Position numbers and translations under genes: made by a program | Part shown: one piece after another, positions 48,039-58,607 of the stretch | How positions within the stretch are numbered: position 1 is the stretch's first letter | How the letters are laid out: each line of letters starts with the position of its first letter | Assembly (NCBI RefSeq): GCF_000429505.1 | Contig: NZ_AUBZ01000013.1 | Coordinates: 3,545 to 67,544 of the forward strand | Direction of reading: 5' to 3' | Origin: Aliagarivorans taiwanensis DSM 22990 | Lineage (GTDB): Bacteria; Pseudomonadota; Gammaproteobacteria; Enterobacterales; Celerinatantimonadaceae | DNA: 64,000 nucleotides | The notes under the pieces: model-generated | Told to the model about the DNA's origin: nothing | Databases searched by the model: none | What the model saw: the letters and a program-made list of their open reading frames with translations, nothing else

Positions 48039-49259
48039 ATGTCTAGTTGTCTAAAAGTTACCTGCTTTTTGTGGGGATTAACATTGCTTGGCTGCAGCGC
48101 CCCAACTCACCGCCAGCTCCCTCAACCCTTGGTCAGCTCAGTCGCTCTCCCTCATGGAGAATCGCTGCGATTTTGGGGCGATGAAGACGACTTTCTGCAT
48201 AAGTTGATTGAGCTGGAGGGTATTTGGGCGCGCCAAGACGCCTCTGGGCTGATGTTCGATGAGGAAGGGGAGCTTAAGCCTGCCAACTACTTGGCTTTGT
48301 CGGGCGGTGGTACGGGCGGGGCTTTTGGTGCCGGGGTGTTGAATGCCTGGTCTGATTTGGGGACTCGGCCGACGTTTAATGTGGTTACCGGGATAAGCAC
48401 CGGGGCAATTATTTCGGTGTTTGCTTACTTGGGCTCGGAATATGACTATCTGCTGGAAGAGTTTTATACCGGCGTGGGGGATGATCAGCTTTACCGTGTG
48501 CGCTTTTGGTCCATCCTTTCGCAAGCCTCGCTATTAAACACCCAAGGCTTTGAGGAGTTGGTGCGTGAAACCATCAGTAACGAGGTGATGGACGCGGTGA
48601 GCGATGCCTATAGCGAAGGCCGAATGCTGTTTATCGGTACTACTAACCTCGAGACTCAGCGCTTGGTTATCTGGGACATGGGTAAGATTGCGTCCTTGGG
48701 TACCCCAGAAGCTCAGCGCTTATTCGAAGACATTGTTATTGCCTCCTCGTCCATCCCCGGGGTGTTTCCTGCCGTTCAGTTTGAGGTGGAGCATGATGGG
48801 CAGACGTTTGATGAAGTACACGTCGATGGTGGAATTAGCCGTCAGGTGTTTCTGTTCCCTGATTCGTGGGACTTTTCATCGGTCAGTGGCGTGATGGGGG
48901 AGCGTGAGCGGCGGGTATATGTGATCCGCAACGATGAGTTCGTACCTAAATGGCAACAAGTGCCCATCAGTCTATCTGCCCTTACCGTTCGCTCGATTCT
49001 AACCTTGATTAAGTATCAGGGTAGGGGGGATGTGCTGCGCATCTACCAACAAAGCCAAGATGCTGGCATGGACTTTAAGCTTGCGTTTATCGACGTTGAT
49101 TTTAACGAAAAGCCCCGCGATGGGCGGCCCTTTGACGAGCAGTATATGGCCAAGCTTTTCCAATACGGCTATTCACGTACCATCGGTCATCAGGTGTGGC
49201 GCGACGAGGTGCCGGAGTTTGACAGCCTAGCCTTACCGGAGCTATTTATTAACGAGTAG
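48039..49259 (+). CDS. patatin-like phospholipase lipoprotein
   Basis: Lipobox LLGCSA, oxyanion hole ALSGGGTGGAFGAG, nucleophile GISTGA, catalytic DGG (VHVDGGIS). Confidence 0.8.
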   Translation: MSSCLKVTCFLWGLTLLGCSAPTHRQLPQPLVSSVALPHGESLRFWGDEDDFLHKLIELEGIWARQDASGLMFDEEGELKPANYLALSGGGTGGAFGAGVLNAWSDLGTRPTFNVVTGISTGAIISVFAYLGSEYDYLLEEFYTGVGDDQLYRVRFWSILSQASLLNTQGFEELVRETISNEVMDAVSDAYSEGRMLFIGTTNLETQRLVIWDMGKIASLGTPEAQRLFEDIVIASSSIPGVFPAVQFEVEHDGQTFDEVHVDGGISRQVFLFPDSWDFSSVSGVMGERERRVYVIRNDEFVPKWQQVPISLSALTVRSILTLIKYQGRGDVLRIYQQSQDAGMDFKLAFIDVDFNEKPRDGRPFDEQYMAKLFQYGYSRTIGHQVWRDEVPEFDSLALPELFINE

Positions 49260-49285
49260 CGATTTCTCTTAAGGTGTTGATTTAA

Positions 49286-50035
49286 ATGCACGTTCCTCAT
49301 CATCCAGACAACCACCGGGCGATTGGCGCGATGGACGTTGCGATGGCCTTTCTCTCTTTGTTGTTGGTGCTGGGTGGTTTGGTGTCGCTGACTGGCGATC
49401 GCGATAATGAGTTCCACCGCGCGGTGCTTGGGCTGGATACGCTGATTTGCTCGGTGTTGCTGTTGCATTGGTTTTGGGGCTTGTTTACTGCGCCGCACAA
49501 GCGCAGTTATCTCAAAGAGCGCTGGATTGATGTTATCGCCTCCATTCCGATGCTAGAAGTTACCCGGCCACTGCGCCTGCTGCAGATCTGGCGAGTCATC
49601 TCGGTGTTTCGTCGCCATCATCGGGCGCTGGAAGAGATTCAGGACGAGCCCTTAGAGATTACCCTAGCCCTGGCGGTGCTTGGGGTGTTGCTGGCGATTA
49701 CGGCCAGCACACTGGTGATGGTGCTGGTTGAGATCCCCGATCCTAACAGCCCTTTTGAAGGTGCCGCCGATATCATCTGGTGGAGCGTGGTGACACTCTC
49801 TACCGTGGGTTATGGCGATTATGTGCCCACATCGATGGCCGGGCGGGCGGTAGCCAGCATCGTGATTTTGGCAGGCGTATCGGTGTTCGGTGCGTTTACC
49901 GCTTATGTGACATCGCTGATGATGAGTGCCAGCCGCAACGCCCATGAACGTGAGCTATTAACCCGGTTAGAGCGCTTAGAGCGCAGCCAGAAGCAAATCT
50001 TGGAGGAGCTAAGGCGCTTGGGTCGGAACAAGTGA
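49286..50035 (+). CDS. potassium channel-family protein
   Basis: K+ selectivity filter TVGYGD in a pore loop between two TM helices, with a preceding Arg-rich S4-like helix (RLLQIWRVISVFRR); 249 aa. Confidence 0.75.
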   Translation: MHVPHHPDNHRAIGAMDVAMAFLSLLLVLGGLVSLTGDRDNEFHRAVLGLDTLICSVLLLHWFWGLFTAPHKRSYLKERWIDVIASIPMLEVTRPLRLLQIWRVISVFRRHHRALEEIQDEPLEITLALAVLGVLLAITASTLVMVLVEIPDPNSPFEGAADIIWWSVVTLSTVGYGDYVPTSMAGRAVASIVILAGVSVFGAFTAYVTSLMMSASRNAHERELLTRLERLERSQKQILEELRRLGRNK

Positions 50036-50262
50036 GTTGCACCCTCATTCTTGCTGGTTAAAATCATTGATGACAGCGTCAACGCTTTTGTAATTAGTCC
50101 ACTAGTTACGGCAAGCGCCTCCTCGTCCTCAATGATTTTCCCTGCGCAATACCTGATCATTAACTTATCCAGATTGGTTAACGCCCCCAGTGCGTAGCGC
50201 TCAAAACATGCAGATACAAAAAACGCCCCAATTGGGGCGTTTTTGCTTAACCAGCGAAAGTC

Positions 50263-51543
50263 TTAAGCAATCGCTTGTTGCAGCGCACGTTGGGTGCGAA
50301 CCACGTAAGCCTTCATCACAATCGCGATGGCCAAGGCAACCGACAGTAGGCCAACCAAGATATACATGGTCATGGTGTAGCTACCGGTCTGCTCGCGCAC
50401 GTAAGATGACAGGCTAGGGCCAACCACACCGGCCATTGCCCATGCAGTTAGGATGTAACCATGGATGGCGCCAAGCTGTTTGGTACCGAACAGGTCACCG
50501 ATGTATACCGGCAGGCAAGAGAAGCCGCCGCCGTAACAGGTGATAACGATGAACACCAGCAGCTGGAACATAATCGCATCGGTCATCATCGGCAGTAGCA
50601 AGAAGGCCACAATCTGAATCGAGAAGAACGCCAGGAAGGTGTTTGGGCGACCCAGGTAATCAGAGCCAGTCGACCAAAGCAGACGACCCAAGCCGTTTAG
50701 CACGCCAATTACGCCTACCATAGCAGCCGCTTCCATCGCGCTCAGGCCTGCAATCTCCTGCGCCATTGGCGAGGCGGCATAAAGGATAGACAGACCGCAA
50801 GTAATGTTGATGAATAGCATTAGCCACAGGCCCCAGAATTGTGGGGTACGGATCGCATCGTTTGCGTTCTGTTGGCTCAGATCGCCAGTGGCTTGCTTGC
50901 CTTCTTTCTTGGCCGCTTGCTCGTTTTCTAGCATACCGGCTGGCTTCCAACCCACAGGAGGGCGCTCCAGATAGCTTGCTGCCAAAATCATAACCACAAA
51001 GTAGCAGCCGCCCATGATTTTAAAGGTGGCCGATACGCCATGGCTCTCAATCAAAAGCTGAATCACCGGGCTGGCAATCATCGCGGCGAAACCAAAGCCC
51101 ATAATTGCCAGGCCAGTCGCCAGACCACGACGGTCAGGGAACCACTTGATCAAGGTTGATACTGGGGTCACATAGCCCATACCCAGACCAATACCGCCGA
51201 TTACGCCATAGCTAAAGTAAAGTAGGTACAGGCTTTCAATACTGGTAGCAAAGCCTGCACCTGCTATACCTGCGCCAAAGAAGCAAGCAGCAAAGGTGCC
51301 GGTAAAACGAGGGCCGTGTTTCTCTACAACCTGGCCCATCACTGCAGCCGAGGTACCCAAGAAGAAGATGGCAATACCAAAGGTCAAGCCGATCTGCTGT
51401 GAGTCTTTGCCGAGAAGCTCCATCAGTGGGTTGGAGAATACGCTCCAGGCGTAAACAGATCCGATAGAGATGTGGATTGCCACTGCGCACAGTGCGATCA
51501 GCCAGCGGTTTTTGATTTTTTGCTCATTCATAGTGGAATGCAT
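50263..51543 (-). CDS. MFS transporter, oxalate/formate antiporter (OFA) family
   Basis: 12 TM. N-terminal WLIALCAVAIHISIGSVYAWSVF is typical of the OFA family. Confidence 0.8.
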   Translation of the reverse strand: MHSTMNEQKIKNRWLIALCAVAIHISIGSVYAWSVFSNPLMELLGKDSQQIGLTFGIAIFFLGTSAAVMGQVVEKHGPRFTGTFAACFFGAGIAGAGFATSIESLYLLYFSYGVIGGIGLGMGYVTPVSTLIKWFPDRRGLATGLAIMGFGFAAMIASPVIQLLIESHGVSATFKIMGGCYFVVMILAASYLERPPVGWKPAGMLENEQAAKKEGKQATGDLSQQNANDAIRTPQFWGLWLMLFINITCGLSILYAASPMAQEIAGLSAMEAAAMVGVIGVLNGLGRLLWSTGSDYLGRPNTFLAFFSIQIVAFLLLPMMTDAIMFQLLVFIVITCYGGGFSCLPVYIGDLFGTKQLGAIHGYILTAWAMAGVVGPSLSSYVREQTGSYTMTMYILVGLLSVALAIAIVMKAYVVRTQRALQQAIA

Positions 51544-52177
51544 ACCTAGTCAAGATTGAAACCATATTCGGTTGTTGCCTTGTCGACCCATGTGCCCGAT
51601 TGAATAAGCGGTATATCTTCCGTGATGAGCTCTGAAACGCGCGTAAACGACGCATTTTCGAGGGCCTGTCGACCGAGAACAGTGCAGCGCCAAGCCGCAG
51701 TGAACGCGCGAACAAAGCAACATGAATGCATACCTATTCGCCAAGGCGAAGGTAGATGGTCAAACTAGCGACGTCGCGGGCAGTGCGGCAGGAGTATTAC
51801 CTACGAAGGGACTGCAACAAGCTCGGGCGATAGTCGATCCTATGGCCCCACTTATTTATAGGGGCGTATTCTGCTCCTAAAGAGGTGAGATTCCAATCTT
51901 CGCTGACAAATTATTTGGGTGAACTGCGCTTACCTTGCGTCACATCAATTTTTGTCCATGACTAATTATGCTGACAACGCTTTCTGGCGAGTCTCGCCCT
52001 TAAGCCCGCGTTTCATCGCTCAAGTTTGCAGCAACGTGTGCTATTAGGTGCGGCGTTTTCAAGCGAAGAGCGCTAGCAGGTGCTTACCTTAGTGCCGCTA
52101 AAAGGCGGTTGTAGCGCGTATTTTCGCAAAAAGCTCACGCTTTTTCGTCAATTCCGCAGGGATTACACTCCAGAGTC

Positions 52178-52206
52178 TCGACCTTGCCAAAAAGCGCAGC
52201 TATAAT
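52178..52206 (+). promoter_or_regulatory. sigma70-type promoter upstream of tig (-35 TCGACC, 17-bp spacer, -10 TATAAT)
   Basis: Perfect -10 hexamer at 52201-52206 with a 4/6 -35 match at 52178-52183, about 125 bp upstream of the tig ATG. Confidence 0.5.
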
Positions 52207-52329
52207 GCGGCGTTTTCAAATTATGGGTAACACCCAGACAAGGATTTAGTGGGTCGCCACAGCGGCGGCTGCTTTCCCATTGGTTAGCAAATCGAGTCGG
52301 GCAAGCCCGACTACAACCGAGGTAAAAAA

Positions 52330-53628
52330 ATGCAGGTTTCAGTAGAAACAACTCAAGGTTTGGAGCGTCGCGTTGCGATTTCTATCGACGCTACCGAAAT
52401 CGACAAGCAAGTAGAGCAAGCGCTTAAGCAAGAGTCAAAGCGTGCTCGCATCGATGGCTTCCGTCCAGGCAAGGTTCCAGTTTCTGTAATCAAGAAGCGT
52501 TACGGTGCTGCTATTCGCCAAGACGTTGAAGGCCAAGCTATGCAGCGTGCTTTCTACGAAGCGATCATCCAAGAGAAACTGAACCCAGCCGGTGCGCCTG
52601 CTCTGGAAATCGGTGAGCGTAAAGAAGACGAGTTCAACTTCACTGCCACTTTCGAAGTGTTCCCAGAAGTTGAAGTGAAAGGTCTGGACGCAATCGAAGT
52701 TGAGCAAAAGACTGCTGAAGTGCAAGACAAAGACGTTGACAACATGATCGACACTTTGCGTAAGCAGCAAGCGACTTGGAAAGAAACCAAGGGCATGATC
52801 AAAGACGACTTCCGCGTAAACCTGGACTTCCTGGGTAAAGTAGATGGCGTTGAGTTCGAAGGCGGTAAAGCTGAAGGCTTCGACCTGACCATGGGCGCTG
52901 GCCGCATGATCCCTGGCTTCGAAGATGGCCTGATGGGCAAGAAAGTGAAAGAAGAATTCACTATCGACGTAACCTTCCCAGAAGATTACCACGCTGAAGC
53001 CCTGAAAGGTAAAGCTGCTACCTTCGAAATCAAGGTAAACAAAGTAGAGAAGCCTGAGCTGGCCGAAGTTAACGAAGAGTTCGTTAAACTGTTCGGTATC
53101 GCTACCGGTGAGCTGGATGAGCTGAAAGCTGAAATCCGCAAGAACATGGAACGCGAGCTAGAGCAAACTCTGAAGACTGGCGTTAAAGAGCAAGTTATCT
53201 CTGGCCTGCTTGAGCAAAACCCAGTTGACGTGCCAAAAGCACTGATCGACCAAGAAGTTGAGCAACTGCGTCAGCAAGCGCTACAACGCTTCGGTGGCGA
53301 TGCGAGCAAAGCACCTGAGCTGCCAGCTGAGCTGTTCAGCGAGCAAGCTGAGCGTCGTGTACGTGTAGGTCTGCTACTGGGCGAAGTAATCAAGGTTAAC
53401 GAACTGAAAGCTGACGACGAGAAAGTTAAAGCTCACATCGAAACCATGGCTTCTGCCTACGAAGATCCAAGTGAAGTAGTTGAGTACTACGCGAAGAACG
53501 AAGAGTTGATGAACAACGTTCGCAACGTCGTTCTTGAAGAGCAAGCGATTGAATTCGTTAAGGCTCAAGCAAAAGTAACCGAAACTTCTGTTGCTTTTGA
53601 TGAAATCATGAACAACCAAGGTGCGTAA
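52330..53628 (+). CDS. tig: trigger factor
   Basis: 432 aa with ribosome-binding N-domain (GFRPGKVP), FKBP PPIase and C-domain. Classic tig-clpP-clpX order. Confidence 0.95.
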   Translation: MQVSVETTQGLERRVAISIDATEIDKQVEQALKQESKRARIDGFRPGKVPVSVIKKRYGAAIRQDVEGQAMQRAFYEAIIQEKLNPAGAPALEIGERKEDEFNFTATFEVFPEVEVKGLDAIEVEQKTAEVQDKDVDNMIDTLRKQQATWKETKGMIKDDFRVNLDFLGKVDGVEFEGGKAEGFDLTMGAGRMIPGFEDGLMGKKVKEEFTIDVTFPEDYHAEALKGKAATFEIKVNKVEKPELAEVNEEFVKLFGIATGELDELKAEIRKNMERELEQTLKTGVKEQVISGLLEQNPVDVPKALIDQEVEQLRQQALQRFGGDASKAPELPAELFSEQAERRVRVGLLLGEVIKVNELKADDEKVKAHIETMASAYEDPSEVVEYYAKNEELMNNVRNVVLEEQAIEFVKAQAKVTETSVAFDEIMNNQGA

Positions 53629-53640
53629 GTAAGTCCTTAT

Positions 53641-53669
53641 TTGACTTATTTCCACTAATCTTGGATATA
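53641..53669 (+). promoter_or_regulatory. sigma70 promoter for clpP (-35 TTGACT, 17 bp, -10 TATAAT)
   Basis: Near-consensus hexamers with a 17-bp spacer. Confidence 0.6.
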
Positions 53670-53671
53670 AT

Positions 53672-53703
53672 GGCTCGTATGTTCCCATACGAGCCATTTT
53701 TTT
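53672..53703 (+). terminator. intrinsic terminator after tig (overlapping the clpP promoter region)
   Basis: Hairpin GGCTCGTATGttcccATACGAGCC followed by a T8 run. Confidence 0.7.
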
Positions 53704-53720
53704 AAGGAAGAGAGCAGTAA

Positions 53721-54338
53721 ATGTTAAATAAAGATAACTCATTTGATCCGATGGCCGCCTTAGTTCCCATGGTGGTAGAGCAAACGTCTAAGGGCGAGCG
53801 CTCGTATGATATTTACTCGCGTCTGCTAAAAGAGCGACTGATTTTCTTGACCGGCCCGGTTGAAGACCAAATGGCCAACCTGATCGTAGCCCAGCTACTG
53901 TTTCTTGAGTCGGAAAACCCCGAGAAAGATATCTTCCTTTACATCAACTCGCCGGGCGGCTCGATTAGCGCCGGTATGGCGATCTACGACACCATGCAGT
54001 TTATCAAGCCGAACGTCAGCACTGTGTGCATGGGTATGGCGGCAAGCATGGGTGCTTTCTTGTTGGCCGGTGGTGCAGAGGGCAAGCGTTACTGTCTGCC
54101 TAATGCCAAGGTGATGATTCACCAACCGCTGGGTGGCTACCAAGGCCAGGCGTCGGACATCGAGATCCACGCCAACGAAATTATCAAAACTCGTCAACGC
54201 ATGAACGAGCTTCTGGCGTCACATACCGGGCAAAAACTGGATACCATCGCCAAAGATACCGACCGTGACAACTACATGACCGCCGAAGAAGCCAAGGCCT
54301 ATGGTATAGTTGACGAAGTATTTCTGCGTCGCGAATAG
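53721..54338 (+). CDS. clpP: ATP-dependent Clp protease proteolytic subunit
   Basis: Catalytic Ser (GMAASMGA), His and Asp; 205 aa, highly conserved. Confidence 0.95.
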   Translation: MLNKDNSFDPMAALVPMVVEQTSKGERSYDIYSRLLKERLIFLTGPVEDQMANLIVAQLLFLESENPEKDIFLYINSPGGSISAGMAIYDTMQFIKPNVSTVCMGMAASMGAFLLAGGAEGKRYCLPNAKVMIHQPLGGYQGQASDIEIHANEIIKTRQRMNELLASHTGQKLDTIAKDTDRDNYMTAEEAKAYGIVDEVFLRRE

Positions 54339-54447
54339 GATTTAGTGTTGCGACGGTCTGCTGTGTTGAAATCTCGCGTAGCAATATTGAGCGCTTGGCG
54401 TAAACTTGAAAGTAAACACGGCACATAAAGCATATTGAGGTTAGCGA

Positions 54448-55725
54448 ATGACAGATAAGCGCAAGGGTGATGGGGAGAGCAGTAAACTGCTCTATTGCTC
54501 ATTCTGCGGTAAAAGCCAGCATGAAGTGAGAAAGCTGATTGCAGGTCCTTCCGTTTATATTTGCGATGAGTGTGTCGAACTGTGTAACGACATTATTCGT
54601 GAAGAAGTAAAGGAAATTTCTCCTAAGAAAGACGGCAACGCGCTACCAACACCGAAAGAGATCCGTGCCCACCTCGATGACTACGTCATCGGACAAGAGC
54701 ACGCCAAGAAGGTGTTGGCAGTGGTTGTGTACAACCACTACAAGCGTCTGCGCAACGGCGATAAGGCCGATGGAATCGAGCTTGGCAAGAGTAACATCCT
54801 GCTGATTGGTCCAACTGGTAGCGGTAAAACCCTGCTGGCTGAAACCATGGCTCGTCTGTTGGACGTACCGTTCACCATGGCCGATGCGACCACCCTGACC
54901 GAAGCCGGTTATGTGGGCGAAGACGTAGAAAACATCATCCAGAAGCTGCTACAGAAATGCGACTACGACGTAGAGAAAGCCCAGCGAGGTATTGTCTACA
55001 TCGATGAGATCGACAAGATTTCTCGCAAGTCTGATAACCCGTCTATCACTCGCGATGTAAGCGGTGAAGGTGTGCAGCAAGCGCTTCTCAAGCTGATCGA
55101 AGGTACCGTTGCTTCTGTACCGCCGCAAGGTGGACGTAAGCATCCTCAGCAAGAGTTCTTGCAGGTAGATACCTCTAAGATCCTGTTTATCTGTGGCGGT
55201 GCCTTTGCCGGCCTGGATAAAGTGATTGAGCAGCGCGCGGCAACCGGTACTGGTATTGGCTTTGGCGCTGAAGTGCGCAGCGAGTCAGACAAGAACAGCT
55301 TGAGCGAAACCTTTGCCAAGGTTGAGCCAGAAGATCTGGTGAAATACGGTCTTATCCCTGAGTTCATCGGTCGTCTGCCTGTTGTAGCTACCCTGACTGA
55401 GCTGGACGAAGACGCGCTGATTCAGATCTTGAGCGAGCCGAAGAACGCACTGACCAAGCAATACGGTGCATTATTCAAGCTGGAAGAGACTGAGTTGGAG
55501 TTCCGCGAAGACGCGCTACGTGCGATTGCTGCTAAAGCCATGGAACGTAAGACCGGTGCCCGTGGCCTGCGCTCTATCGTTGAAGCGGTACTGCTGGATA
55601 CCATGTACGAGCTGCCATCGATGGACAACGTCAGCAAGATGGTTATCGACCAAGCGGTTATCCAAGGCGAGAGCGACCCAATCCTTATCTACACCAACGA
55701 AGATAAGGCGACCGGCTCTGAGTAA
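54448..55725 (+). CDS. clpX: ATP-dependent Clp protease ATP-binding subunit ClpX
   Basis: N-terminal C4 zinc finger (CSFCGK...CDEC), Walker A GPTGSGKT, Walker [10 protein letters not shown]. Confidence 0.95.
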   Translation: MTDKRKGDGESSKLLYCSFCGKSQHEVRKLIAGPSVYICDECVELCNDIIREEVKEISPKKDGNALPTPKEIRAHLDDYVIGQEHAKKVLAVVVYNHYKRLRNGDKADGIELGKSNILLIGPTGSGKTLLAETMARLLDVPFTMADATTLTEAGYVGEDVENIIQKLLQKCDYDVEKAQRGIVYIDEIDKISRKSDNPSITRDVSGEGVQQALLKLIEGTVASVPPQGGRKHPQQEFLQVDTSKILFICGGAFAGLDKVIEQRAATGTGIGFGAEVRSESDKNSLSETFAKVEPEDLVKYGLIPEFIGRLPVVATLTELDEDALIQILSEPKNALTKQYGALFKLEETELEFREDALRAIAAKAMERKTGARGLRSIVEAVLLDTMYELPSMDNVSKMVIDQAVIQGESDPILIYTNEDKATGSE

Positions 55726-55754
55726 GTTCTAGTCGATCGTTGAGCATCAAGCAA

Positions 55755-55786
55755 AAACCTCAGCCAACTGGCTGAGGTTTTTTTAT
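55755..55786. terminator. bidirectional intrinsic terminator between clpX and the MCP gene
   Basis: Hairpin AACCTCAGCCaactGGCTGAGGTT flanked by an A-run and a T-run. Confidence 0.8.
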
Positions 55787-55845
55787 GTCTGAAGTTTGTG
55801 AGGGGAGGGGGGACTTCCCGCTGCTCTCGGCTAAGCTCTGCGCGC

Positions 55846-57792
55846 TCAGGTTCTAAAGCGCGATACTAAACCGGCCAGTGCTTGAGCCAGCTGATTGAGC
55901 TCTTCAGCCTTGGTCTCCAAATCCAGCGAGCCTTCGTTGCCTTGGTTAGCACCATCATGGATATCTGTGATGTTGCGGTTAATCTCTTCTGCCACCAAGT
56001 GCTGCTCCTCGGCAGACGCCGCAATCTGGGTGGTCATATCGCGGATAGTTAGCACCGATTGCATGATGGACTCAAACACGCTGCTGGTTTGGTCGGTGGC
56101 CTGTACCGACTGCTCTGAGTGTTTGATGCTGTCGTTCAGGCTCTGCGCAACCACATCGGTTTGACTGCGCAGCTTGGTCAGTAGCTTGTCGATTTCTTCG
56201 GTGGACTCGGCAGTGCGCCCAGCCAAGGTTCTCACCTCGTCGGCGACCACCGCAAAGCCGCGGCCTTGCTCGCCAGCGCGGGCTGCCTCAATGGCGGCGT
56301 TAAGCGCCAGCAGGTTGGTTTGCTCGGCGATGCCGCGAATGGTATCGAGGATAACCGTGATGTTTTGCGAGTCTTCAGAGAGCTCTCGCATCGCTTGGTT
56401 CGATTGATTGAGGGTGGTTTCCAGCTGGTTCACCGCGCTCACGGTTTGCTGAATTAACTGGTGACCTTGCTCGACTTGTCCCTGACTGTCGTCGGCGGCT
56501 GAGGCGGCTTGACTACAGTTGTTGGCGACTTCGTTGGAGGTGGCAACCATCTCGTGGAAGGCGGTGGAGACTTGCTCTACGGCCGCTAACTGGCTGGATG
56601 CGACCCCTTCCATCTGCTCGGATAGCTGGGCAGACGTATCGGCGGAGTCATTCAGCTGGCCGCTCTTTTCTTTGATACTGTCCACCAGCTCAGCGATGGT
56701 GCCAGCAAAGCGGTTGAAGGCGCGCGCCATCTGTCCTGATTCATCCTGGCTGTCGATATTCAGGCGCTTGCTCAGGTCACCGTCGCCCGAGGCAATGTTT
56801 TCCAGGCCATCGGTGATGGTTTGCATTGGGCGGCTAATCAGTTTCATTAGCACGAAGCCGATGCCCATAAAGATTGCGACCATAATCACCGACATCATGA
56901 TGATGTTCCAGGTAATTGCATTAGCATTCTGATAAACCTCGTCGGTGGGGATCATCCCAACCATCTTCCAACCGGTTGCGGGTGAAAGGTAGACGTTGGC
57001 ATACCAACTCTCGCCACCGATCTCGGTTTCAACCAGGCCTTGCGCCTGACTGGCTATGCGTTGGTAGTCGGTAATCTCACCGAATGATTTGAAGTTATTG
57101 TCGGGGTTTGATGGGTCGGCCAGCACCGCGCCAGTGTCTTCAATCATCATCACATAGCCGCTTTGGCCGAACTTAATGCTGGCGACGATCTCGGTGAACT
57201 TCTGCAAGGATACATCGACGCCAATGGTGCCCGTGATCCCTTGCTTGGCGCTAAAACTATGCATGTAATCTAGCAAGGGGTTACCGGTTGCCAAGTCGAT
57301 GTAAGCCGGGATCCTCACCGCCCTGTTCTGGCCAATGGAAGTTTTGCACCAAGGGCGGGTGCGCGGATCGTAGTCGTCTGGCACATTGCTCTCAGGCCAG
57401 ACGATATAGCCGCCATTGCTCATCCCTAGGTACACATAGGCCAAGTCGGGGCGGGCCTCACCAAATTGACGTAGCAGGTGGTATACCTCGGCTTCGATGC
57501 CGCCGTTTTGCGATGCCCGCATCATGCCACCGGGCTTGCCCATGTAGGTGGTCACCGTATCGTCTAACTGCTTAACCACGTCGGTGCTCGCCAAAAACGC
57601 GGCGTCTTCGGCCAAGCCATTTAGATAGATGCTAATGGCGCTATCGATATGGGTCAGCTCGGCATTACTGCGTTCTACAAAATTGGCTTGGGCTTCGTTA
57701 CGAACCTTGATGACCACGGTGGTGGAAATGACCAAGATGGGAACGATGATGCTGGCGAGCAGTAGGAGGAAAAAGCGGGTGGTTATCTTCAT
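55846..57792 (-). CDS. methyl-accepting chemotaxis protein (Cache-type periplasmic sensor, HAMP, MA domain)
   Basis: Start taken as MKITTRFF. Two TM helices bracket a periplasmic domain. The conserved MA-domain core [28 protein letters not shown] is present. Confidence 0.85.
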   Translation of the reverse strand: MKITTRFFLLLLASIIVPILVISTTVVIKVRNEAQANFVERSNAELTHIDSAISIYLNGLAEDAAFLASTDVVKQLDDTVTTYMGKPGGMMRASQNGGIEAEVYHLLRQFGEARPDLAYVYLGMSNGGYIVWPESNVPDDYDPRTRPWCKTSIGQNRAVRIPAYIDLATGNPLLDYMHSFSAKQGITGTIGVDVSLQKFTEIVASIKFGQSGYVMMIEDTGAVLADPSNPDNNFKSFGEITDYQRIASQAQGLVETEIGGESWYANVYLSPATGWKMVGMIPTDEVYQNANAITWNIIMMSVIMVAIFMGIGFVLMKLISRPMQTITDGLENIASGDGDLSKRLNIDSQDESGQMARAFNRFAGTIAELVDSIKEKSGQLNDSADTSAQLSEQMEGVASSQLAAVEQVSTAFHEMVATSNEVANNCSQAASAADDSQGQVEQGHQLIQQTVSAVNQLETTLNQSNQAMRELSEDSQNITVILDTIRGIAEQTNLLALNAAIEAARAGEQGRGFAVVADEVRTLAGRTAESTEEIDKLLTKLRSQTDVVAQSLNDSIKHSEQSVQATDQTSSVFESIMQSVLTIRDMTTQIAASAEEQHLVAEEINRNITDIHDGANQGNEGSLDLETKAEELNQLAQALAGLVSRFRT

Positions 57793-57946
57793 GTAGTAAT
57801 GTCCATGTGGAGACAATAACTTGATGTGTATCAATAAAATGCAATTGAAGATGAAAGGCTTGCAAGGTTGGGTGTGGAATAATCAGAGCCTCGTCGTCTC
57901 GGCATGGCTGAAGAGGGACGCTATTGGAAGGGTTAATGGAGGAACG

Positions 57947-58542
57947 ATGAGCACTCGCTTATTTGTCTATGGGACTGTAGGGCGTGTATATCTTTGGTTT
58001 TTGATTTTGCAGCGCTATTAGTCCAAGCAGGCAAGGAAAAGGATGTGCAGTGTAGCAATCTACATAAACAGCCTTTGACGCAGAATGGTCGGACTAATAG
58101 CGCTGCCCTTTGGGTTCATTTAAACGGCACCTGCGCTGCGTCCTAAGTTCCTCACATAGACTCACTATGCCGCGTCACTTACTCCTTGCGCAGATACCGT
58201 TTAACTTGAACAAAATTAAACCCCAAAGATACACACGCCCTAACGCCGGGCCGGCCAAATCAACATGTATTGGCAAAGATAGAAGGCCATTGGCAGCCGG
58301 CCTGCGTCAAGGGAAGGCTCGAACATAGCGGCTGGGGGGCGGAGCTGGGTTACCCCGGTCTAGTGCTGGATGACGGCGCAGGCGAGGTTAGCGGATTGTT
58401 GTTTACCGCTGAGGGCCTAGCCGAGCAATGGCCAATGCTGGATGAGTTTGAAGGTAGCGGCTACAAGCGCTGCGTTACCCAAGCAACACTCGCCTGTGGA
58501 GAGGAGGTTGAGTGCTACGTGTATACACTCAGCCAGCCTTGA
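57947..58542 (+). pseudogene. gamma-glutamylcyclotransferase-like (GGCT/AIG2/YtfP-family) gene split by a MITE-like insertion
   Basis: N-terminal fragment MSTRLFVYGTV (57947-57979). Removing 57980..58242 gives MSTRLFVYGTVTPGRPNQHVLAKIEGHWQPACVKGRL...YPGLV...ECYVYTLSQP, which is collinear with E. coli YtfP. Confidence 0.55.
57978..58242. mobile_element. ~265 bp MITE-like non-autonomous element with 16-bp terminal inverted repeats and TA target duplication
   Basis: Left end TAGGGCGTGTATATCT (57978-57993). Right end AGATACACACGCCCTA (58227-58242), 15/16 match as an inverted repeat. Internal perfect 16-bp inverted repeat GCAGCGCTATTAGTCC / GGACTAATAGCGCTGC (58009-58024 / 58091-58106). No coding capacity. 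Splits a GGCT-family gene in a way that restores the frame if excised with one TA. Confidence 0.6.
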
Positions 58543-58607
58543 AGCACTTAACTTATAACAGCCTGACTACCCACATACTGTTGTTGTTTACACATCGCCG
58601 ATGTCAT

